Shown here piece after piece: positions 37,611 to 44,919 of a DNA stretch of 44,919 nt. The first letter of the stretch is position 1, and each line of letters opens with the position of its first letter. The notes under the pieces are model-generated. The model was not told the origin of the DNA and ran no database searches. It saw only the letters and a list, made by a program, of their open reading frames with translations. Source of the stretch: an uncultured Bacteroidia bacterium (GTDB lineage Bacteria; Bacteroidota; Bacteroidia; Bacteroidales; UBA932); the NCBI GenBank assembly GCA_902799895.1, contig CADCCI010000041.1:1-44919 (forward strand), read 5' to 3'. A program made the translations under genes and the position numbers.

Positions 37611-39823
37611 TAGATCAGAAGCTACTCGGTAAGAAAATATACGTGCTGGACGGAGCCATGGATACCATGCTCCTGGCCGGAGGCGTAGAGGACCCCGATC
37701 CCGAACGCGTCAACCTGACACACCCCGCCGTCGTCGCCGACGTGTACCGGGAGTACATCGAGGCGGGTGTCGATATCATCCGGAGCAACACCTTCGGAGC
37801 CGATTCCCTCACACAGAAAGATTTCGGCCTTGAGAAAAAGGCCGCCGACATGACCCGGGCCGGTATCGGCATCGCCCGGGAAGCCGCCGATGCGGCCGAC
37901 GCCTACGCCGGCCGGCCCATCTATGTCGCCGGGACCGTAGGTCCCACCAGCCTGTCCCTCAGCCTGTCCGCCCAACTCGGGAACCAGGACGGGGAAGAAG
38001 CCGTCTTCCAGGCCTTCCAGACCCAGATCCGGCTGCTCTCGGAAGGGGGTGCGGACCTCCTCCATTTTTCCGCCTTCCAGGACCTGCACAATGCCCGGCT
38101 GGCTCTGCAGGCCTGGCAGGAGACCGCCCCGGAGACCCCTGCCCTGCTGACCTTTTTCATCGGCGGGAAATCCGGAGAAATCCTCTCCGGCCACACACTG
38201 AAAGAATGCTACGAAGCCGTCCGGGACTTCCCGCTGACAGGCTTCGGAATCGAATCCATCGAAGAAGGGAACGTCATCCTGGGCCTTGTCAAAGACCTGA
38301 ACGCCTGGTGCCGTTTCCCCGTCATATGCCTCCCGGGCGCCGGCCTCCCCGGCGACGCCTCCTCCCATGACCAGAAACCCATCGTCCTGGCCTGCGATTT
38401 ACGCAAAGCCACCCGCCGCGGCCTGCTGAACTTCGCCGGCGGCGGAATGGGGACCGCATCGGAGCACCTCTGCGCCATCGCAACGGCCCTCCAGGACGAG
38501 AAAATCCGCAAGATACAGGTGGGTCAATGGCAGAAGAAACGGCCCCGTGTGGCCATCGAGCCCGTTTTGGGCGACCTTCGCCAGACCCCGCTCCTGGTTG
38601 CCGACGCCCTCCGCAAGGCAGGCTTCGACATCCCCTCCAAAAACGGAAAGAAAGACCCCGATCTCCTGTGTATGGGCAGCCTTGCCCTCCCCGGCCTGCT
38701 CCAGGCCGAAGCCTTCTGCCGCCAGCTGGCCGCCCGGAACGCCGATACGCCCCTCCTCCTCTGGGGCAACGCTTCCTCGCCCCGCCATTGCCTCCACGTG
38801 CTGAACGCCCTCTACCCGCACTGCTATTACGCGAATGATATCATTGCGCTGACAGACAGCGCCTTACGCTGCGCTACAGACCGGAACGCCTTTGAAGCTG
38901 CAGAGCAGGCCCGCTACCGGGAACTCCTGGACCAGAAAGCCCGCTCCCTGAACAACCAGAACATCCAGGCCAATCCCCTGTTCAAGAACCGCACCTATGT
39001 CCTCACGGACAAGCGTTTCCTGCACAGCAAGCCCACCTTCTCCCTGTCCCTCGGGAAACTGGCCGAGATTTTCGGATGGGAGGAGTTCCTGTCCGATTGC
39101 GGATGCCCGCGGACCCGGAGCCGCAGCAAGGTCAAACGAGCCGCCCGCCAGGATGCCCTCCAGGCCGGCAAGGAGCTGTTCCAGAAACTCATCGACACCG
39201 ATGCCGTCCACGTCCGGGTTTCCGTCCGCGTGGTGGACGCCTGCAACGACGACGACTGCATCTGCTTCATCGACCGGTACAAGAACGATGAAGCCGTCCG
39301 CCTCCCCATGCTGCGGCAGGAAGAGGATTCCCCGCTGGTCACCGGGCTGCGCGGCCGTTTTTCGATTGCCGATTTCGTCCCGGACAAGAGTTTCGGGAAG
39401 ATGGGACCCATCGGCTTCTTTGCCGCGACCATGGAAGTGGCCCAGGAAGCCGTCCCGCAAGGGGATGAGACGCAGGCCGCCCGCTTCCAGTTCCTTCGGA
39501 AAGGCCTGATGAAAGCCGCTATCCGGCGCATCCGGGACACCTACGCGTCCATCCTGAAAGAGCGAGGCGGAAAAGGCTTCAACATCGCCCTCCCGCTGGT
39601 GGGCGAAGAGGCTTGTCCCGATGTGAGCCTGCGCCGCGATATCCTGGAGCACCTGCCGGCCCCCAGCGCCCTGGGCATCACCCTGGACGGGGAATTCACC
39701 CCCACCCCGGCCGATACGGTGTTCGGGCTGATCCTGTTCCATCATCACGCCTGCTGCCCCGTCCTCGGGGAAATCAGCGCGGAGCAATGGGAAGCCTACC
39801 GGAAAAAGCGGGGTCTCTCTTGA
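37607..39823 (+). CDS. Degenerate cobalamin-dependent methionine synthase (MetH)-like protein
   Basis: Hcy-binding domain (VLDGAMDT, YIEAGVDIIRSNTFGA, VAGTVGPT), a B12-binding-like domain and an activation domain (LPMLRQ, SIADF, ACPD, LGITL). Zn and Co ligands and the pterin domain are absent. Confidence 0.8.
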   Translation: MIDQKLLGKKIYVLDGAMDTMLLAGGVEDPDPERVNLTHPAVVADVYREYIEAGVDIIRSNTFGADSLTQKDFGLEKKAADMTRAGIGIAREAADAADAYAGRPIYVAGTVGPTSLSLSLSAQLGNQDGEEAVFQAFQTQIRLLSEGGADLLHFSAFQDLHNARLALQAWQETAPETPALLTFFIGGKSGEILSGHTLKECYEAVRDFPLTGFGIESIEEGNVILGLVKDLNAWCRFPVICLPGAGLPGDASSHDQKPIVLACDLRKATRRGLLNFAGGGMGTASEHLCAIATALQDEKIRKIQVGQWQKKRPRVAIEPVLGDLRQTPLLVADALRKAGFDIPSKNGKKDPDLLCMGSLALPGLLQAEAFCRQLAARNADTPLLLWGNASSPRHCLHVLNALYPHCYYANDIIALTDSALRCATDRNAFEAAEQARYRELLDQKARSLNNQNIQANPLFKNRTYVLTDKRFLHSKPTFSLSLGKLAEIFGWEEFLSDCGCPRTRSRSKVKRAARQDALQAGKELFQKLIDTDAVHVRVSVRVVDACNDDDCICFIDRYKNDEAVRLPMLRQEEDSPLVTGLRGRFSIADFVPDKSFGKMGPIGFFAATMEVAQEAVPQGDETQAARFQFLRKGLMKAAIRRIRDTYASILKERGGKGFNIALPLVGEEACPDVSLRRDILEHLPAPSALGITLDGEFTPTPADTVFGLILFHHHACCPVLGEISAEQWEAYRKKRGLS

Positions 39824-39842
39824 TTATATCCATAAGTATTAT

Positions 39843-39850
39843 TATCTTTG
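39843..39850 (+). promoter_or_regulatory. Putative -7 promoter element of the V-type ATPase operon
   Basis: TATCTTTG 37 nt upstream of the ATG at 39888. Confidence 0.65.
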
Positions 39851-39887
39851 TCAGATTAATTATACCAGATAATAATACTTCTGAAAA

Positions 39888-40490
39888 ATGGATAAATTAC
39901 AGGAACTGACAGACAAACTGTTCAACGAGGGTTTGTCTAAAGGAAAAGCCGAAGGTGAGGCTCTTCTCGCCAAGGCCAGGAAAGAAGCGGAAGAAATTGT
40001 CGCCCAAGCCAACAAGGAAGCCGAGGCCATCGTGGCCAAAGCCCGCCGTGAAGCCGAAGACCTTGCCACCAAGGTAAACGGAGACCTCCGTATGGCCGGC
40101 GCCCAGACGCTTCAGGCTACCCGGAAGGACATCGAAGACCTGATTATCACAAAAGTCACGGACACCCAGGTCAAAGAGGCCCTCTCGGCTCCTGCCTTCA
40201 TCAAAGAAATCATCGAGACCGTTGCCAAGAACTTCAACGCCGGACAGGCCGGAGACCTGGCCCTGGTGCTTCCCGAAAGCCTGCGCAGCCAGCTGGAGCC
40301 CTTCGTCAAGAACGAGCTGGGCAAGATCCTGGGCGGCAACGTAGAAGCCTCCTTCTCCAAGAAAATCGCCGGCGGCTTCACCATCGGTCCCAAAGACGGC
40401 AGCTATTTCATCAGCCTCACGGATGACACCTTCTGCGCCCTGATTGGCGAGTATCTCCGTCCCACCACCAAGAAGTTCCTGTTCGGATAA
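39888..40490 (+). CDS. atpE: V/A-type ATP synthase subunit E
   Basis: KLQELTDKLFNEG, helical stalk and GFTIGPKDGSYFISLTD...YLRP; first gene of the E-C-A-B-D-I operon. Confidence 0.88.
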   Translation: MDKLQELTDKLFNEGLSKGKAEGEALLAKARKEAEEIVAQANKEAEAIVAKARREAEDLATKVNGDLRMAGAQTLQATRKDIEDLIITKVTDTQVKEALSAPAFIKEIIETVAKNFNAGQAGDLALVLPESLRSQLEPFVKNELGKILGGNVEASFSKKIAGGFTIGPKDGSYFISLTDDTFCALIGEYLRPTTKKFLFG

Positions 40491-41033
40491 TGAGCAATTT
40501 CGAATACATCATCGCCAGCCTCCCCTACCTGACACCCGGCTACCAATACGCCGAGGGAAAGGGTTTCCAGGATGTGCTCGGTGAAATCCGCCGGGACCTG
40601 TCCGCCCGGGACAGCGCCACGCTGGACTTCCTGCTGAAGGGATTTGACGCCGCGTCGCTGGATGCCCCGTTCTCTGAATCTCCGCAACGCGAAGGTCCGC
40701 TACCTGAACCGGCAGCTCTCCCGCGACGCCGAGCAGGACGTGCTGGGAATCGACGGAGGCGAGTTTACCGAGGCCGCCAAAGTGGAGGGCATCCTGGCCG
40801 GAACCGACCTCATTGCCCGCGAAAAGGGTCTGGACGACCTGACCTGGGCCAAGGTGGATTCCTTGTCTACCTTCCATTATTTCGACCTCACAGCCGTCCT
40901 GGCTTATGTGGCCAAGCTCCACATCGCCGACCGCTGGCTGGCCCTGGACGAAGCCCGCGGACGGGAACTGTTCCGCAAGCTCGTAGACGAGGTGCGCGGC
41001 ACCTTCAAGGGCGTCAAATTCAATGAACAATAA
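40490..41033 (+). pseudogene. DUF2764 family (V-ATPase subunit C-like) gene with a frameshifting deletion
   Basis: N-terminal YIIASLPYL lies in one frame and C-terminal LNLRNAKV...YFDLTAVLAY...RWLALD...GRELFRKL in another; the frame switches at 40673/40674. Confidence 0.8.
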
Positions 41034-41045
41034 AATAAAGGATAT

Positions 41046-42794
41046 ATGAAAACCACTGGTATCGTAACCGGAATCGTCTCCAACCTCGTGACCGTCCGTG
41101 TGGACGGCCCGGTTGCCGAGAACGAGATCTGCTACATCACCCTGGACGACACCGCGCTCATGGCGGAGGTCATCAAGGTGACGGGCAAGAACGCATCGGT
41201 GCAGGTGTTCGAGAGCACGCGCGGCCTGAAGAACGGCGACAAAGTCGAGTTCCAGGGCCGGATGCTGGAAGCCACGCTGGGCCCCGGCCTGCTGACCGGC
41301 GTCTATGACGGCCTCCTGAACGACCTCACCACCATGAAGGACGTCTTCCTCAAACGCGGCGAATACACCGACCCGCTGGACCACACCAAACTCTGGGACT
41401 TCACGCCCATCGCCACCCCCGGCGACAAGGTCGTGGCCGCAGACTGGCTGGGTGAAGTCAAAGAAGGCTGGCTGCCCCACAAAATCATGGTTCCCTTCTC
41501 CTTCAAGGGAGAATTCACCGTCAAATCCGTCGTCCCCGCCGGACAATACAACATTGACCAGGAAGTGGCCGTCCTCGTGAACGAAGAGGGCGAAGAAGTC
41601 CCCGTCTGCATGTGGCAGAAATGGCCCGTCAAGGTTGCTGTCAAGGGTTATAAGGAAAAACCGCGCCCCAGCCGCATCATGGAAACGGGCGTGCGCGTCA
41701 TCGACACCCTCAACCCCATCGCGGAAGGCGGTACGGGCTTCATCCCCGGACCGTTCGGCTGCGGAAAGACCGTGCTCCAGCACGCCATCGCCAAGCAGGG
41801 CGATGCCGAGGTGATCGTGATGGCGGCCTGCGGCGAGCGTGCCAACGAGGTGGTGGAAATCTTCACGGAGTTCCCCGAACTCATCGACCCGCATACCGGA
41901 CGCCACCTGATGGAACGGACCACCATTATCTGCAACACCTCCAACATGCCGGTGGCTGCGCGTGAGGCATCGGTCTATACGGCCATGACCATTTGCGAGT
42001 ACTACCGCGCCATGGGCCTGAAGTGCCTGCTGCTGGCCGATTCCACCTCCCGCTGGGCCCAGGCCCTCCGGGAAATGAGTAACCGTATGGAAGAGCTCCC
42101 GGGTGCGGACGCCTTCCCGGTGGACCTCTCCGCCATCATCTCCAATTTCTACGCCCGCGCGGGTATGGTGGTGCTGAACAACGGCCAGACGGGCGCCGTC
42201 ACCTTCATCGGTACGGTCTCCCCTGCCGGCGGTAACCTGAAGGAGCCGGTGACCGAGAGTACCAAGAAGGCCGCCCGCTGCTTCTAGGAGCAGAACCGCG
42301 CCGACCAGAAGCGCTACCCGGCCGTGAACCCCATCGATTCGTATTCCAAATACCTCGAGTACCCGGAAATCCAGGCCTACCTGGACGAGACCGTGGAACA
42401 GGGATGGACGGACAAGGTTTCCCTTGCCAAGAACATCATCCGCCAGGGACGCGACGCCGCCGAGCAGATCAACATCCTCGGTGACGACGGTGTGCCGATG
42501 GCCTACCACGAGACCTTCTGGAAATCCGAACTGGTAGACTTCGTCATCCTCCAGCAGGATGCCTTCGACCCCATCGACAGCCTCTGCCCGATGGAGCGCC
42601 AGCAGTTCATGCTGGACCTGGTCCTGGACATCTGCGCGAAGGAATTCAGCTTCGAGAACTTCGAGGAATGCCGCAACTACTTCAAGGAAATGATCAACCT
42701 GCTCCGGCAGATGAACTACTCCGAATTCCACGGCGATTCCTTTGAAAAATATGTGAAAGAACTCAATAACCTCCTGGAAAGCAATGGCAAATAA
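41046..42794 (+). pseudogene. atpA: V/A-type ATP synthase subunit A interrupted by an in-frame TAG
   Basis: Walker A GPFGCGKT, ACGERANE and ADSTSRWAQALRE motifs; TAG at 42285-42287, after which the same frame continues EQNRADQKRYPAVNPIDSYSKY to 42794. Confidence 0.9.
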
Positions 42795-44103
42795 AGTATA
42801 TCAAAGAGTCTATACGCAGCTGGAAGCCATCACGAAAGCCACCGTGGCCCTTCGCGCAACGGGCGTTTCGAACGATGAGCTGGCCACCGTGCACGGCCGT
42901 CTGGCCCAGGTGGTGAAGACCAAGGGCGACACCGTCACCCTGCAGGTGTTCTCCGGAACGGAGGGCATCCCCACCAACGCGGAAGTCGCCTTCCTGGGCG
43001 CCCCGCCTACCCTGAAAGTGAGCGATCAGCTCTCCGGCCGTTTCTTCGACGCATACGGCCACCCCATTGACGGCGGTCCCGAGGTGGAAGGGGAAGAACG
43101 CCAGATCGGCGGTCCTTCCGTGAACCCGTACAAACGCCGCCAGCCCTCGCAGCTGATCCCGACGGGTATCGCCGGTATCGACCTGAACAACACCATCGTC
43201 TCCGGACAGAAGATTCCGTTCTTCGCCGACCCGGACCAGCCGTACAACGCGGTTATGGCCGATGTGGCCCTGCGGGCCGATGTGGACAAGATCATCCTGG
43301 GCGGCATGGGTCTGAGCAACGACGACTACCTGGCCTTCCGCCACGCCTTCGAAGGCGCCGGCGCCCTGGAGAAGATCATCAGCTTCGTGAACACGACGGA
43401 AGAGCCGCCGGTGGAGCGCCTGCTCATCCCGGACATGGCCCTGACCGCCGCCGAATACTTTGCCGTGGACAAGAACGAGAAGGTGCTGGTGCTGCTGACG
43501 GACATGACCCTGTACGCCGACGCCCTGTCCATCGTTTCCAACCGTATGGACCAGATTCCTTCCAAGGATTCCATGCCGGGCTCGCTCTATTCCGACCTCG
43601 CCAAGATTTATGAAAAGGCCGTGCAGCTGCCCTCCGGCGGTTCCATCACCATCATCGCGGTGACCACCCTGAACGATGGCGATATCACGCATGCCATCCC
43701 GGACAATACCGGTTACATCACGGAAGGACAGCTCTTCCTGCGGGCCGATGCCGATTCGGGCAAGGTCATCATTGATCCGTTCCGCTCCCTGTCCCGTCTG
43801 AAACAGCTGGTCCAGGGCAAGCAGACCCGCGACGACCACAGCCAGGTCATGAACGCCGGCGTGCGGCTCTATGCCGACGCCCAGAACGCCAAGACCAAGC
43901 TGGAGAACGGTTTCGACCTGTCCGACTACGACCACCGCTGCCTCGACTACGCGAAGGAGTACGCCACCCGCCTGCTCTCCATCGATGTAAACATCAAGAT
44001 CGACGAGATGCTGGACACCGCGTGGGAACTCTTCGCCAAGTACTTCACGAAGGCCGAGACCGGTATCAAACAGACATTCATCGATAAATACTGGAAAGGA
44101 TAA
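42784..44103 (+). CDS. atpB: V/A-type ATP synthase subunit B
   Basis: GQKIPFF, LTDMTLYADAL, MPGSLYSDLAKIYEKA, PDNTGYITEGQ and SLSRL motifs. Confidence 0.96.
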   Translation: MANKVYQRVYTQLEAITKATVALRATGVSNDELATVHGRLAQVVKTKGDTVTLQVFSGTEGIPTNAEVAFLGAPPTLKVSDQLSGRFFDAYGHPIDGGPEVEGEERQIGGPSVNPYKRRQPSQLIPTGIAGIDLNNTIVSGQKIPFFADPDQPYNAVMADVALRADVDKIILGGMGLSNDDYLAFRHAFEGAGALEKIISFVNTTEEPPVERLLIPDMALTAAEYFAVDKNEKVLVLLTDMTLYADALSIVSNRMDQIPSKDSMPGSLYSDLAKIYEKAVQLPSGGSITIIAVTTLNDGDITHAIPDNTGYITEGQLFLRADADSGKVIIDPFRSLSRLKQLVQGKQTRDDHSQVMNAGVRLYADAQNAKTKLENGFDLSDYDHRCLDYAKEYATRLLSIDVNIKIDEMLDTAWELFAKYFTKAETGIKQTFIDKYWKG

Positions 44104-44711
44104 TGGCCATCAAGTTCCAATACAACAAGACCGCCCTGAACAACCTGTCCAAGCAGCTGAAAATGCGGCAGAAGGCGCTCCCGACCTTGCAGAACAAGGA
44201 GAGTGCCCTGCGGCTGGAGGTGCGCAAGGCCAAGGAGCAGGCGGAGTCTCTGCTGAAGGATCTTGACAACGCCCTGGCCCGGTACGACTACCTGGCCGCC
44301 CTCTGGAACGAATTCGAGCCCGGCCTGATTGCCATCACGGACATCGACCTGGTAACGGTGAAGGTGGCGGGCGTAAAAACCCCGCACCTGGACGGCATCC
44401 ACTACGAGCTGCGCCCCTTCAACGCCTTCGTCAAACCGGCCTGGTATGCCGACGGCGTGGCCATCCTCAAGGAACTGAGCCGCCTGGGTATCGAATCGGA
44501 AGTATATCGCGAGAAAGCGCGCATCCTGGACTGGCAGCGCAAGAAGACCACCCAGAAGGTAAACCTGTACGAAAAGGTGCAGATTCCGGGATACCAGGAG
44601 GCCATCCGCAAGATCAAACGGTATATGGAGGATGAGGAAAACCTTTCCAAGGCTTCCCAGAAAATTGTCAAGAGCCGTCATGCGGCCGAAGAAGAGGAGG
44701 AAGAGCTATGA
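44103..44711 (+). CDS. atpD: V/A-type ATP synthase subunit D
   Basis: MAIKFQYNKT, LPTLQNKESALR and KKTTQKVNLYEKVQIP motifs. Confidence 0.94.
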   Translation: MAIKFQYNKTALNNLSKQLKMRQKALPTLQNKESALRLEVRKAKEQAESLLKDLDNALARYDYLAALWNEFEPGLIAITDIDLVTVKVAGVKTPHLDGIHYELRPFNAFVKPAWYADGVAILKELSRLGIESEVYREKARILDWQRKKTTQKVNLYEKVQIPGYQEAIRKIKRYMEDEENLSKASQKIVKSRHAAEEEEEEL

Positions 44712-44919
44712 TCGATAGAATGACCCGCTATTCCTTCATTCTGCTGAATGGAGAAGAGACCGCCTTCCTGGAGCAGCTTCAGGAGGTGGGTCTGGTAGAT
44801 ATCACGCGGAGCGCCAAGCCCATAAACGAGGACTCCCAGAATATGACCGAGGAGATCGAGCTCATCAGCTCGCTGATCCAAGGTGTTGAGCGTCTGGAGC
44901 TTCCGGCCGATACCCAAGC
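44708..44919 (+). CDS. atpI: V/A-type ATP synthase subunit I, N-terminal part (runs off the window)
   Basis: The ATG overlaps the atpD stop (ATGA); MIDRMTRYSFILL...FLEQLQEVGLVDITR matches subunit I N-termini and the operon order. Confidence 0.82.
   Translation, partial: MIDRMTRYSFILLNGEETAFLEQLQEVGLVDITRSAKPINEDSQNMTEEIELISSLIQGVERLELPADTQ

Noticed and set aside
42285-42287. TAG recoding (alternative genetic code or pyrrolysine) in atpA
   Set aside because: TAG is the normal stop of rplI, gcvPA, gcvPB and other genes here, and the alignment needs three residues (YAL) where only one codon exists, so a deletion fits better.
44692-44707. Strong SD (GAGGAGG) before atpI
   Set aside because: It is fully explained by the poly-Glu codons at the end of atpD, so it cannot be taken as independent evidence of an SD.

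Overview
High-GC Bacteroidota (Bacteroidales-like) chromosomal segment; the assignment is inferred from TAnnTTTG promoters, mostly SD-less A/T-rich translation starts, and DUF3857, DUF4831 and DUF2764 family genes. From left to right it carries: a TonB-dependent receptor running off the left edge with a lipoprotein partner; rpsF-rpsR-rplI; pepD, DUF4831, a lipid A-type acyltransferase, a DMT transporter, a DUF3857/transglutaminase pair and an M23 peptidase; trmO; an uncharacterised catabolic-looking operon (three PF12831-type FAD oxidoreductases, MFS transporter, EEP hydrolase, secreted protein, GltD/PreT-like Fe-S flavoprotein, Gfo/Idh/MocA dehydrogenase); a SEC-C protein; glycine cleavage genes gcvT-H-PA-PB; FGE-domain, SPFH and arginase-like genes; a 0.9 kb repeat/palindrome-rich intergenic patch; DUF4332, an S9 peptidase and an LRR protein; a coiled-coil protein coupled to an apparently catalytically dead MetH homologue; and a V/A-type ATPase operon running off the right edge. 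Highlights: (i) about nine genes carry multi-base deletions, tandem duplications, truncations or a replaced patch, meaning genome erosion or assembly artefact; (ii) a 26-bp-periodic alternating inverted-repeat array beside a (TTGAGGG)13 tract and an IR-bounded structured element; (iii) the MetH pseudoenzyme; (iv) the triple-flavoprotein operon; (v) symmetric bidirectional promoters with near-leaderless starts. No rRNA, tRNA, CRISPR array or transposase was seen. All family assignments come from motif recognition by eye, not from database searches.
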